Positions 25,669 to 35,252 of a DNA stretch of 43,579 bases are shown one piece after another. The notes beneath the pieces were generated by a model. That model saw nothing but the letters and a program-made list of their open reading frames with translations. It made no database searches and was not told where the DNA came from. The stretch lies in contig NZWP01000012.1 of assembly GCA_002701645.1 (NCBI GenBank), positions 1-43,579 of the forward strand. Direction: 5' to 3'. This DNA comes from Fidelibacterota bacterium (GTDB lineage: Bacteria > Fidelibacterota > Marinisomatia > Marinisomatales > Marinisomataceae). A program made the translations under genes and the position numbers. Within the stretch, counting starts at the first letter, position 1; every line of letters begins with the position of its first letter.

Positions 25669-26913
25669 ATGAAAAATAAATATAAGATATTTTTATTCTG
25701 GATGCCTATTTTTACAGCTATAGGTGCAGCAATTTATATAAACTCCCTTTTCTTTTTCTTTTTTGCTGACGAGACTGATATTATTACAGATACTATAATT
25801 CCAGAAAGTATTGAATCAAAAATTTCAGAAGATACAGTAGACATAGCTATAAAGAATGTTATTGTATATCCAAATCGCTTTGATAAGAAATCTATCTACA
25901 TTGATATTGAAATTAATAATCAAAATGGCGATGAATTGACACAGATTACACTATCTAATGGCGGAAAATTAATAGCATCAGATAAAATTAAGTTATACAG
26001 TAATAAACATACTTATTTTCAATCATTTCTTGTTAAGGATAATATTGATTTTAATAATGTATTTGACGTAAAGCTTTCTAGTCTAAAATTAGAAAATAAT
26101 ATATCTAACAATAGACATGCTTTTACTACAGATTTGAAGACTGAGAAGCTGAATATTGCACTTATTAGCGGTACTCTTAATTATAACTCTAGAGCTATTA
26201 TCAGTAAAATAGATAATAGTTTTGATCATTTTTTTCCTCAATTTGATACCTATACACACAATTTTGAAGATTTTTGGTTTAAAAAATATGACATAGTTAT
26301 TCTTGATAATTTTCCTGAAATGCCTATTTCAGATCGATGGTTCAATCTTTTTATCAAAAAGATTTACTCAGAAAATACTTCGCTGATAATGTTCAAAGGT
26401 GCTCAACAGGATTTGAGTTCATTTATTAAAATAGGCCCTTTATTTGGAGTAAATTTTTCAAACGAAAATGAGCTAAAGAATATTTCAAAAAAGAAATTTT
26501 TCTCTAAAAATCATTTTAAATCAGTATTAATAAATGATGAATTTTTTTATAAGCACGTATTAAATGGAGATGATACTTCTTTCGAAGAAGCAATAGACTG
26601 GGTTTCTAAAAAGAAAGATTTAAGCTATACATTCTTTGTAGGTAATAAAAATTATTACATCAATGAACCGGTATTTATATACGGTTTTTCGAATAGCATT
26701 GATACAAAGAAGAGAAATTTTATTGCACATATTTATAAAGATGGAACATATATCAAAAAAGAAAAATTATATTTAAATCCTATATCAGATTATTATTTTA
26801 ATAAGTTAAAAATTTCAGATGCAGGACAATATGAAATTAAAATTATGGATAAAGAAAATCTTGCCATACAAATGATTAATGTTAATATCTTAGAAGAATT
26901 AATTAAATTATAA
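25669..26913 (+). CDS. hypothetical N-terminally anchored protein (414 aa)
   Basis: One TM helix (IFLFWMPIFTAIGAAIYINSLFFFFF), a possible Ig/CARDB-like strand region, then LNIALISG...YDIVILDNFP, which recalls a flavodoxin/GATase1-like fold. I cannot assign a family with confidence. Confidence 0.6.
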   Translation: MKNKYKIFLFWMPIFTAIGAAIYINSLFFFFFADETDIITDTIIPESIESKISEDTVDIAIKNVIVYPNRFDKKSIYIDIEINNQNGDELTQITLSNGGKLIASDKIKLYSNKHTYFQSFLVKDNIDFNNVFDVKLSSLKLENNISNNRHAFTTDLKTEKLNIALISGTLNYNSRAIISKIDNSFDHFFPQFDTYTHNFEDFWFKKYDIVILDNFPEMPISDRWFNLFIKKIYSENTSLIMFKGAQQDLSSFIKIGPLFGVNFSNENELKNISKKKFFSKNHFKSVLINDEFFYKHVLNGDDTSFEEAIDWVSKKKDLSYTFFVGNKNYYINEPVFIYGFSNSIDTKKRNFIAHIYKDGTYIKKEKLYLNPISDYYFNKLKISDAGQYEIKIMDKENLAIQMINVNILEELIKL

Positions 26914-26916
26914 TAT

Positions 26917-28182
26917 ATGATTGATATAAAAAATATAAGAGAGCAACAATCTTTAATCCAAGATAGCCTAAGAAAAAAAGATAAATCCATAAGTTTAGAT
27001 AATATTGTAGAGGCTGATATCAATTTAAGAGAATTAACAAAAAAACTTAATGATTTACAATCAGAGCAAAATCAACAGTCAAAAGAAATTGGTATTTTAA
27101 AATCTCAAGGCAAATCAGATGAATCTGTTTTTGCAAAGTTAAAAAAATTATCAAATACTATTAAAGATCTTGAAGACGAGCATCGCACTAAATCTAAAAT
27201 TTTAAAAGATATGTTACTGGAAATTCCAAATATTCCTCATGATTCAGTCCCAATTGGAGCATCAGAAAAAGAAAATGTTATAAAGAAAGACTGTAGTAAA
27301 AAGAAGAAGATTAATTTTAAGCCCAAGAGCCATATTGATATTGCTCAGGATCTTGATTTAATCGATTTTGAGGCAGGAGCGAAGATTTCTGGTGCAGGAT
27401 TTCCTCTTTATAAGGGAAATGGAGCATTACTTGAGAGAGCGCTAATTAATTTTATGATAGATTTTCATTTAAAAAATTATAATTATACAGAATTTTTTAC
27501 TCCATTCTTAGTAAAGGAAAAATCTGCTATAACGACAGGCCAATTACCAAAATTCTATGAAGATATGTATCATACTGAAAAAGATAAATTATATTTAATT
27601 CCAACTGCAGAAGTTCCATTAACCAATATTCATCAAGATGACATTTTAGAAGTATCTGATTTACCAAAATACTATTTAGCTAATTCTGCATGCTTTAGAA
27701 GAGAAGCTGGCTCTTATGGTAAGGATACTAAGGGATTGCTAAGAGTGCATCAATTTAATAAAGTTGAATTAGTAAAATTTGTACATCCAACATCTTCGTA
27801 CGATGAATTAGAGTCGTTAGCAAAGCAGGCGACTAAGATATTAGATTTGTTAGAGCTAGATTATAGAATTATAGAACTATGTAGTGGGGACTTAAGTTTT
27901 GCTGCCGCAAAATGTTATGATCTAGAAGTTTGGGCACCAGGTGAAGAACAGTGGTTAGAAGTATCTTCTTGCAGCAACTTTGAAGATTTTCAATCTAGAA
28001 GAGGTAATATTAGATTCAGAGACGATAATGGTAAGGTTGATTATTTACATACATTGAATGGTTCGGGCCTTGCAACTCCAAGAATTTTTGCTGCACTATT
28101 AGAAACACATCAAAATAAAGACGGTTCAATTACAATTCCTATAGCTCTGCAGCCTTATATGGGCCTATCGGAGATTAAATAG
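26917..28182 (+). CDS. serS: serine--tRNA ligase
   Basis: N-terminal coiled-coil arm and class II motifs (FRREAGSYGKDTKGLLRVHQFNKVE, GSGLATPR). Confidence 0.95.
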   Translation: MIDIKNIREQQSLIQDSLRKKDKSISLDNIVEADINLRELTKKLNDLQSEQNQQSKEIGILKSQGKSDESVFAKLKKLSNTIKDLEDEHRTKSKILKDMLLEIPNIPHDSVPIGASEKENVIKKDCSKKKKINFKPKSHIDIAQDLDLIDFEAGAKISGAGFPLYKGNGALLERALINFMIDFHLKNYNYTEFFTPFLVKEKSAITTGQLPKFYEDMYHTEKDKLYLIPTAEVPLTNIHQDDILEVSDLPKYYLANSACFRREAGSYGKDTKGLLRVHQFNKVELVKFVHPTSSYDELESLAKQATKILDLLELDYRIIELCSGDLSFAAAKCYDLEVWAPGEEQWLEVSSCSNFEDFQSRRGNIRFRDDNGKVDYLHTLNGSGLATPRIFAALLETHQNKDGSITIPIALQPYMGLSEIK

Positions 28183-28884
28183 TTGAAAAAATTTTGGGTT
28201 TATATAAACCTTCTTTTTTGGACATTTTTTTTTGGTACAACATCAATGTTCTCAATATTACTTTCAAAAAAGAAAAGCAATTTCAAATATTATGGAATTA
28301 GTTGGGGAAAGACACTAGGAAGACTATTTGGTATTAAGCTGAGAGTTATTGGTAAAGAAAATTTTGATAATAATAAGCAATACATTTTTGCACCTAACCA
28401 TTCTTCAGTAATTGATTTTCAAGTTCTATTAATAGCAGTAAATCAATATCTAGTTTTTGTTGGTAAAAAAGAGTTAGGTAGGATTCCCATATTTAGAACA
28501 ATTATTAAGGTAGCAGGATTTGTTCTTGTTGATCGTAGAAATAATAAAGATGCAGTGAAATCACTAGAAAAGTTAAGAGCTGATATGAAAGAATTTCCTA
28601 GATCAGTTGCTATATTTCCTGAAGGGACACGATCAAGAGATGGAAAGTTACAAGATTTTAAAAAAGGAGCTGCAATACTTGGAATTGATACAGGAATGCC
28701 AATTATTCCCGTTGCTATTGTTGGATCATATAGTTGGTGGAATAGAGGTTTATTTACAAAGAACCCAAATATAATAACTATTATTTTTGGTGATCCTATT
28801 GATACAAAGAATAGCTCTTATGAAGATCGTAATAAGATTACAATGAGTATTAAAGATCAAATTACTAAATTAAGAAATGGATAA
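28183..28884 (+). CDS. plsC: 1-acyl-sn-glycerol-3-phosphate acyltransferase
   Basis: NHSSVIDF (HxxxxD) and FPEGTRS motifs with an N-terminal TM. The TTG start directly abuts the serS stop. Confidence 0.85.
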   Translation: MKKFWVYINLLFWTFFFGTTSMFSILLSKKKSNFKYYGISWGKTLGRLFGIKLRVIGKENFDNNKQYIFAPNHSSVIDFQVLLIAVNQYLVFVGKKELGRIPIFRTIIKVAGFVLVDRRNNKDAVKSLEKLRADMKEFPRSVAIFPEGTRSRDGKLQDFKKGAAILGIDTGMPIIPVAIVGSYSWWNRGLFTKNPNIITIIFGDPIDTKNSSYEDRNKITMSIKDQITKLRNG

Positions 28885-29350
28885 TAATCAATATCAATTA
28901 GAGTATAGTATAGATGCTATTCAAGCTCATAAGCACAATAGTAAAAAAATTGTATTTACAAATGGGTGTTTTGATATTTTGCATGTAGGACACATCAGAT
29001 ATTTAGCAGAAGCAAAATCTTTAGGAGATATATTGATTATTGGTATTAATTCTGATAAATCAGTAAAAAAACTCAAAGGTCCATCAAGACCAATTAACTC
29101 TTTATCCGATAGAGCTTTGATATTATCAGAATTAAAGTCGGTAGACTATGTTGTTAGTTTTGAGGAACAAACTCCACTAGAATTGATTAAAATGATTATG
29201 CCAGATGTTTTAGTTAAGGGTGGAGATTATACAATAGATACTGTAGTGGGATCAAATCAAGTAATTGATGCTGGCGGAGAAGTAACATTATTAAAATTTC
29301 ATGATGGGTATAGCTCAACTAATTATATCGATAAAATAAAAAAACCCTAA
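28877..29350 (+). CDS. rfaE2: D-glycero-beta-D-manno-heptose 1-phosphate adenylyltransferase (RfaE domain II / cytidylyltransferase-like)
   Basis: The FTNGCFDILHVGHIRYL nucleotidyltransferase motif and a 157 aa length match stand-alone HldE C-domain proteins. Confidence 0.8.
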   Translation: MDNNQYQLEYSIDAIQAHKHNSKKIVFTNGCFDILHVGHIRYLAEAKSLGDILIIGINSDKSVKKLKGPSRPINSLSDRALILSELKSVDYVVSFEEQTPLELIKMIMPDVLVKGGDYTIDTVVGSNQVIDAGGEVTLLKFHDGYSSTNYIDKIKKP

Positions 29351-29389
29351 CTTGATTCTAACTTACTTTACAGATAATTTCCCATCCAT

Positions 29390-31147
29390 ATGAGATTACT
29401 TATATCATATATAGTGTTAGTATTGTTGACAAGTCACATCCTGGCTCAAGATTCTGCTAATCAAAAACCAAGAAAACCATTTATGAATACTAGCGATGCA
29501 GCATTTTTAGGAAATGGTAATCGAATTTCATCTATTCTAAATGAAGCAAAACAGTTTTTATCGGATGCTGTAATTGCAGACGTAAATCAAGATACCGTAG
29601 AGGTTGTCTATAACATTAAAAGAATTTTTGACTTACTGTCAGATGTTGAACAATTAGGAGTAAGAGAAGAATTAGATAAGATAGAATTTGAAAAATTTCA
29701 ATCTGACTTTATTCTAATTTATACTACACGATTAAGCACAATAAGTAGCTCCACTCAATTTTTGACCGCAGATTTAATTCGTAGAGATATTGCTTCAATA
29801 ACGAATGAAAATGAATCAGTAGAAATGGGCACAACAAAATTTACCATTGTTGATGATAGTGAGGGTCATATACCTCTTGTGATGAATTCACAAGTTGAGA
29901 GCTATATTAGATATTTCCAAGGTAAAGGTCGTAAAGGATTCAATATTTGGCTTAGAAGATATACTCAGTACAGAGATTTGATGTTACCAATTTTAGAAGA
30001 AAATGATCTTCCCGAAGAATTGCTTGTTGTTTCTATGATTGAATCTGGCCTTGATCCAAAAGCAGTATCAAGAGCTAAAGCGGTAGGATTGTGGCAATTT
30101 ATGTATTCCACAGGTAAACAATATGGATTAGAAAGAAATTGGTATATTGATGAGCGTCAAGATCCTATAAAATCTACAGAAGCAGCAGCTAAATATTTCA
30201 AAGATCTATATAAAGAATTTGATGATTGGTATTTAGTATTAGCTGCTTACAATACAGGGCCAGGAAGATTAAATCGTGCATTAAAACTTCACGAAACATC
30301 TGATTATTGGCAGTTATATTCTTTACCAAAAGATACTAAAAACTATATACCATACTTTCTATCATCTGCAATTATTTTAAGAGATCCTCAAAAATATGGG
30401 TTTAAGATGCCAAAATCAAATCCATTGAGATATGATAAGGTAACTATTGAAAAAAGTGCAGACTTAACTGTTATTGCAAAGGCTGCTGATACAAAGCGTA
30501 GCACGATTCAACGCCTCAATCCCGAATTAAGACAGCCGGCAACACCATCTAATGGGTCATATACGTTGAATATACCATATGGAAAAAAAGATAGTTTTTA
30601 TAAGAAGTTTAATGCCTTACCAGATGAACAGAAATTTGCTATTCAAAAAGTAGAACATCGTGTCAGAAAAGGAGAAAATTTCATATCTATTGCTTCTAAA
30701 TATCGTGTATCTGTTGCAGATTTACAGACTATTAATAATATTAGCAATATCAATAAATTATCTATTGGTCAGCGTTTAAAAATTCCAGTCAAAGGTGGCG
30801 TATATTCAAATTATCCAGAAAAAATTATATATAAGGTAAAAAGTGGAGATACTTTAGGTCATATTGCAGAAAAGTATAATACCAGAGCAGCTGAAATTAG
30901 AAAATGGAATAATATGGGCAATACTTCTAATATATATCCTAATCAAAAATTATCATTATTTGTAAATAAGAAACCAGATAAGGACACTCCGAGTAAAAAT
31001 GTTTATATTGTCAAGTCTGGTGACACCTTAAGTGGAATAGCCGATAAGCATAATTTACAGGTGAGCAAGATTAGAGAATGGAATAATATAAGAAAAAATT
31101 CTTCCAGAATTTATCCTGGTCAAAAATTAACCTTATTTGTGAAATAA
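29390..31147 (+). CDS. MltD-like lytic transglycosylase with three C-terminal LysM domains
   Basis: Signal peptide, SLT core MIESGLDPKAVSRAKAVGLWQFM...AYNTGPGR, then three LysM repeats (HRVRKGENFISIASKY..., YKVKSGDTLGHIAEKY..., YIVKSGDTLSGIADKH...). Confidence 0.85.
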   Translation: MRLLISYIVLVLLTSHILAQDSANQKPRKPFMNTSDAAFLGNGNRISSILNEAKQFLSDAVIADVNQDTVEVVYNIKRIFDLLSDVEQLGVREELDKIEFEKFQSDFILIYTTRLSTISSSTQFLTADLIRRDIASITNENESVEMGTTKFTIVDDSEGHIPLVMNSQVESYIRYFQGKGRKGFNIWLRRYTQYRDLMLPILEENDLPEELLVVSMIESGLDPKAVSRAKAVGLWQFMYSTGKQYGLERNWYIDERQDPIKSTEAAAKYFKDLYKEFDDWYLVLAAYNTGPGRLNRALKLHETSDYWQLYSLPKDTKNYIPYFLSSAIILRDPQKYGFKMPKSNPLRYDKVTIEKSADLTVIAKAADTKRSTIQRLNPELRQPATPSNGSYTLNIPYGKKDSFYKKFNALPDEQKFAIQKVEHRVRKGENFISIASKYRVSVADLQTINNISNINKLSIGQRLKIPVKGGVYSNYPEKIIYKVKSGDTLGHIAEKYNTRAAEIRKWNNMGNTSNIYPNQKLSLFVNKKPDKDTPSKNVYIVKSGDTLSGIADKHNLQVSKIREWNNIRKNSSRIYPGQKLTLFVK

Positions 31148-31170
31148 AAATTTTATGGAGAATTAATATT

Positions 31171-31461
31171 ATGATTAAACAAGATATAGTAGATAACGTT
31201 TCAGAAAAAACAGGATTAACTAAGCTGGAAGTAGAGGCTGTGATTAATACATCTTTTAAAGAAATGATTATGACATTAAGTAAAAATGAAAAAATTGAAT
31301 TAAGAGGGTTTGGAACATTTGCAGTAAAGCATAGATTACCAAAGAAAGCACGTAATCCAAAGACTGGAGATCCGGTTTATTTGCCAGAAAGATATGTGCC
31401 TGTATTCAAGCCTTCCAAATTAATGAAAACAACTGTAAACGATAAATTAATCGATTATTAA
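31171..31461 (+). CDS. HU/IHF-family DNA-binding protein
   Basis: LRGFGTFAVKHRLPKKARNPKTGDPVYLPERYVPVFKPSK is the beta-arm motif of HU/IHF; 96 aa. Confidence 0.85.
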   Translation: MIKQDIVDNVSEKTGLTKLEVEAVINTSFKEMIMTLSKNEKIELRGFGTFAVKHRLPKKARNPKTGDPVYLPERYVPVFKPSKLMKTTVNDKLIDY

Positions 31462-31474
31462 ATAGGAGCACTTA

Positions 31475-31570
31475 ATGCCTTGCGGTAAGAAAAGAAAAAA
31501 AAGAAAAATGAATACACATAAACGTAAAAAACGTTTACGTGCAGACAGACATAAGAAAAAAAATAAATAA
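31475..31570 (+). CDS. 31-aa highly basic mini-protein, bS22 / AURKAIP1-COX24-like (putative ribosomal protein)
   Basis: It is absent from the ORF track because it is too short. ATG at 31475 is preceded by AGGAG (31464-31468). It translates to MPCGKKRKKRKMNTHKRKKRLRADRHKKKNK*, and the KR.KM..HK.RK..R..R core resembles the bacterial bS22 / mitochondrial mS38 motif. It fills the gap between the HU/IHF-like gene and nadK exactly. Confidence 0.5.
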   Translation: MPCGKKRKKRKMNTHKRKKRLRADRHKKKNK

Positions 31571-31575
31571 CTAAA

Positions 31576-32442
31576 ATGAAACCGAAAAGTTTTGCTATTT
31601 GGGCAAATCCTAGAAAAAAAGAAATTCCAGGATTGGTTCATGAAGTTGTGCTATGGGCAGAAAATAATGATATTGTGTTATTCTTGCCTAATAGCTTAGA
31701 GCACCTAGAAATTGCTTCAAGTCATTCTAATTTTTACGACTCTACAAATCCACCTAATGTTGATTTTTTATTATGTCTAGGTGGCGATGGTACACTTATC
31801 GCTGGTGTAAGAATCTTTAGTAAACCTACTGTTCCTGTTTTAGGAGTTCATATCGGAGGATTAGGATTTCTTGCACAAATTACTCCTAAAGAGCTAACTG
31901 AAAAATTAGATCTGATTAAGGATGATGAATTTACTACACAAGAAAGATTAGTTTTAAATGCTAAGATTTCTAATAATAATCATTCTTATTTCGCAATTAA
32001 TGATTTTGTTGTTCAAAATGAGATAGCCTACAGAGTAACTTCTTTGTCTTTATATATTGATGGTAAGCATGTAAGTGATTACAAGTCAGATGGTATCATT
32101 ATTAGTACACCTACAGGATCTACTGCATACTCCTTATCTTCAGGAGGCCCTATTGTACAACCAGATGTATTCTCTATTATAGTGACTCCAATTGCTCCAC
32201 ATTCTTTGACTTCACGACCATTAGTTTTACCAGCAGATGTTAATATTGAGTTTCGATTTAATGGTGACTCTGAAAAAGAATTAAAATTAATTTCTGATGG
32301 GCAAAATATTGAAAATTTTACCAATAATTCTACCGTAACGATCTCTCAAGCACAACATCATCTGAAATTTATTACTTTTGAAGACTATGATTATTATCAA
32401 ACATTAAAAACAAAGATGGTTTGGGGGAAAAGAGGTTCGTAA
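31576..32442 (+). CDS. nadK: NAD+ kinase
   Basis: GGDGTL motif, DGIIISTPTGSTAYSLSSGGPIV motif; 288 aa. Confidence 0.95.
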   Translation: MKPKSFAIWANPRKKEIPGLVHEVVLWAENNDIVLFLPNSLEHLEIASSHSNFYDSTNPPNVDFLLCLGGDGTLIAGVRIFSKPTVPVLGVHIGGLGFLAQITPKELTEKLDLIKDDEFTTQERLVLNAKISNNNHSYFAINDFVVQNEIAYRVTSLSLYIDGKHVSDYKSDGIIISTPTGSTAYSLSSGGPIVQPDVFSIIVTPIAPHSLTSRPLVLPADVNIEFRFNGDSEKELKLISDGQNIENFTNNSTVTISQAQHHLKFITFEDYDYYQTLKTKMVWGKRGS

Positions 32443-32445
32443 TGA
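32429..32445 (+). repeat. left copy of a 17-nt direct repeat AAAGAGGTTCG(T/C)AATGA flanking the DUF1295 gene
   Basis: aaagaggttcgtaatga at 32429-32445 versus aaagaggttcgcaatga at 33344-33360: 16 of 17 positions identical. Each copy ends in the ATG of the next gene. Confidence 0.85.
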
Positions 32446-33338
32446 CAAAATCTCAAAGTGTCATGGGAATTGTAGCATCACTAATAATTTCTACGCTAAT
32501 CATTTTTGCTGGTAGTCAGGAGAGTGTTACATTATTTTTGATTGCAACACCCGTTGTTACAGAAGGACTGCCATTATTTGCAGTATGCGCACCTATTGGG
32601 TTTATACTGCATTGGATAGCTTTTCTTCCTTCTTATACGCTTAAAACAGATCATTATTTTGATCTAACTGGTTCGATTTCTTATATAGCTACAGTCATTG
32701 CAGTAGCTATGCTGAGTCCATCTTTAGACCTTAGAGATTTAATTATTTGTACTATGATCATAGTATGGGCTGGTCGTTTGGGTTCTTTTTTATTCCTAAG
32801 AGTTAAAAAAGATGGAAAGGATGAACGTCTCAACGTCATAAAGACTAAGTTTATCTTATTTTTAAACTTATGGACAATGGGTGGATTATGGGTTTTAGTT
32901 ACAATAGGAGCAGGTCTTGCTGCATTAACATCTAAAACGTCCATAGAGCTAGGTGTCATAGGGTATATTGGTATTGGATTGTGGTTGTTTGGTTTTATCG
33001 TTGAAGTGGTAGCTGACAGTCAAAAAAGGCAGTTTAAAAAAGATCCAGCTAATAAAAATAGATTTATTACTACAGGAATATGGTCGTGGTCACAACATCC
33101 GAATTATTTTGGTGAAATCACTTTATGGCTCGGTGTAGCTGTGCTAGCTTATCCTGTGCTATCGGGATGGCAATTAGCTACCTTAATATCACCTATTTTT
33201 GTTTATTTATTACTTACCAAAGTAAGTGGAATACCTTTATTAGACGACTTAGCCAAACAAAAATGGGGTTCAGACTTAGACTACTTAACATATACCCAGA
33301 CAACATCAAAATTAATCTTGGTTCCACCGAATAGATAA
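32442..33338 (+). CDS. DUF1295 / steroid 5-alpha-reductase-like polytopic membrane protein
   Basis: GIWSWSQHPNYFGEITLWLG is the hallmark motif (W..S.HPNYFGE...W). There are about 7 TM helices. The ATG at 32442 overlaps the nadK stop (TAATG). Confidence 0.75.
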   Translation: MTKSQSVMGIVASLIISTLIIFAGSQESVTLFLIATPVVTEGLPLFAVCAPIGFILHWIAFLPSYTLKTDHYFDLTGSISYIATVIAVAMLSPSLDLRDLIICTMIIVWAGRLGSFLFLRVKKDGKDERLNVIKTKFILFLNLWTMGGLWVLVTIGAGLAALTSKTSIELGVIGYIGIGLWLFGFIVEVVADSQKRQFKKDPANKNRFITTGIWSWSQHPNYFGEITLWLGVAVLAYPVLSGWQLATLISPIFVYLLLTKVSGIPLLDDLAKQKWGSDLDYLTYTQTTSKLILVPPNR

Positions 33339-33343
33339 GATAG

Positions 33344-33360
33344 AAAGAGGTTCGCAATGA
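33344..33360 (+). repeat. right copy of the 17-nt direct repeat flanking the DUF1295 gene
   Basis: See the left copy. The two copies are 915 nt apart. This copy provides the SD-like AAGAGG and the ATG of the thioredoxin-like gene. Confidence 0.85.
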
Positions 33361-33881
33361 AAAATATATATTATTTTACTATTATCGCATTTTTTGTTGG
33401 CATTCTTAATGCTCAAAACATTATTCCATCAAAAGATGAAGTAATGAATTCTGCCTATACAATTGCTAAAAAAGAAAACAAAAATGTTTTTTTGATGTTT
33501 GATGCATCATGGTGTACTTGGTGTAAGCGCATGGATCAAAATATGACGAATGATTTATGTAAAGATTTTTTCTATGATAATTATGTTATAGTTCATTTAG
33601 CAGTAAATGAATCTGAAGAAAATAAAAAACTTGAGAATCCTGGTGCAGTTGATTTTTATAATTCGCTCAGAGGTAATGCAAGTGGGATTCCTTTTTGGGT
33701 CATATTTGATAGCAAGGGTAATATTTTAGATAATTCTTTAGATTCGAATGGTAATAATATAGGTTCACCAGTGACTAAAGATGAAGTCAGAGAATTCACT
33801 GCTATTCTTAGGGATACAAGTAGTTTAAAAGAAAAAGATTTGAATATAATTACAGAAGTATTTTGGGATAAAAATAGATAA
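33357..33881 (+). CDS. secreted thioredoxin-fold protein (CxxC)
   Basis: Signal peptide, then FLMFDASWCTWCKRMD with a WCxxC active-site motif; 174 aa. Confidence 0.7.
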   Translation: MKNIYYFTIIAFFVGILNAQNIIPSKDEVMNSAYTIAKKENKNVFLMFDASWCTWCKRMDQNMTNDLCKDFFYDNYVIVHLAVNESEENKKLENPGAVDFYNSLRGNASGIPFWVIFDSKGNILDNSLDSNGNNIGSPVTKDEVREFTAILRDTSSLKEKDLNIITEVFWDKNR

Positions 33882-33902
33882 CTAATTTTAAAAAGGAAAA
33901 AA

Positions 33903-35246
33903 ATGGCTAATTCAATTTCATTAAAAACAATAGAGAAATTTCAAAAAAAATGTGAATCAGATAATCATGTTAAGGTAGTAAGAAATGCAATGATTCGTAC
34001 TGATTTAAGTGATTTAACCATGAATTGGGATCGTTATAGAAATATAAACCATTCTTTTTCTAATGTTGTGAAAGGGGAAATGCCAGTTACTAACCAAAAA
34101 TCTAGTGGAAGGTGCTGGGGGTTTGCTGGATTAAATTTGTTTAGATTTTATATTGGCAGAAAACATAATTTGAAAAATTTTGAGTTTTCTCAGAGCTATT
34201 TTATGTTTTGGGATAAGCTAGAAAAAGCAAATTATTTTTTAGAATGCATTATAGATTCTGCGTCTGAAGATTGGAATAGTCGAATAGTAATGCATCTTCT
34301 TTCAAATCCAATTGAAGATGGCGGACAGTGGGATATGTGGGTTAGTTTAATTGATAAATATGGCGTCATTCCACAGTCAGAAATGTCAGAGTCATTCTCA
34401 TCGAGCCAGTCAGCTACAATGAATCGAATGATTGCTCGCAAACTTCGTGAAAATGCAAAAGATTTGCGCCAAAATATAGGTAAAGGCGTTTCAGGCGACG
34501 ATTTAGAATCTATTAAAACAGATATGTTAGAGGAGATCTATAAGATGCTTGCAATGCATATTGGATCCCCCCCAACTTCATTTAATTGGCAAGCTCATGA
34601 TAAAAAGAAGAAGTTTATTAGTTTTGAAAATTTAACTCCTAAATCTTTTTTTGATAATCATGTTGGATTGAATCTTGATGAATACGTATGTCTTATCAAT
34701 TGTCCTATGGAAGATAAGGAGTATAGAAAAGTTTATACTGTTGAAGCACTTGGAAATGTTGTTGAAGGAAATTCAGTTCGATATCTTAATGTGACAAGCG
34801 AAGAAATGAAAGCTGCATCAGCGAGCTCTATCAAAGATAATCACCCAGTATGGTTTGGTTGTGATGTTGGAAAGCATTTTGATAGAAAAATAGGAGTCAT
34901 GGATATAGATTTATTTGACTTTAATTCTTTTTATCAATCAGAATTTTCTATGAATAAAGCCGATCGTTTACAGTATGGAGAAAGTCAAATGACCCATGCA
35001 ATGCTTTTCACTGGAGTAGATCTAGATGCCGATGATAAACCTATCAAATGGCGAGTAGAAAATAGTTGGGGTGATAAAGTTGGAGAGAAAGGTTATCATA
35101 TTATGTCAGATCAATGGTTTGATGAATACAATTATGAAGTTGTTGTACATAAAGATTACCTATCTGATGACTTATATAATCTTTATAAGAACGAAGAAGC
35201 TATTCCTTTAAAGCCGTGGGACCCAATGGGTTCTTTAGCAAAATAG
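33903..35246 (+). CDS. pepC: aminopeptidase C / bleomycin hydrolase (peptidase family C1B)
   Basis: Catalytic Cys context NQKSSGRCWGFAG, catalytic His context MTHAMLFTGVD, and ENSWG; 447 aa. Confidence 0.9.
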   Translation: MANSISLKTIEKFQKKCESDNHVKVVRNAMIRTDLSDLTMNWDRYRNINHSFSNVVKGEMPVTNQKSSGRCWGFAGLNLFRFYIGRKHNLKNFEFSQSYFMFWDKLEKANYFLECIIDSASEDWNSRIVMHLLSNPIEDGGQWDMWVSLIDKYGVIPQSEMSESFSSSQSATMNRMIARKLRENAKDLRQNIGKGVSGDDLESIKTDMLEEIYKMLAMHIGSPPTSFNWQAHDKKKKFISFENLTPKSFFDNHVGLNLDEYVCLINCPMEDKEYRKVYTVEALGNVVEGNSVRYLNVTSEEMKAASASSIKDNHPVWFGCDVGKHFDRKIGVMDIDLFDFNSFYQSEFSMNKADRLQYGESQMTHAMLFTGVDLDADDKPIKWRVENSWGDKVGEKGYHIMSDQWFDEYNYEVVVHKDYLSDDLYNLYKNEEAIPLKPWDPMGSLAK

Positions 35247-35252
35247 TTTTAA

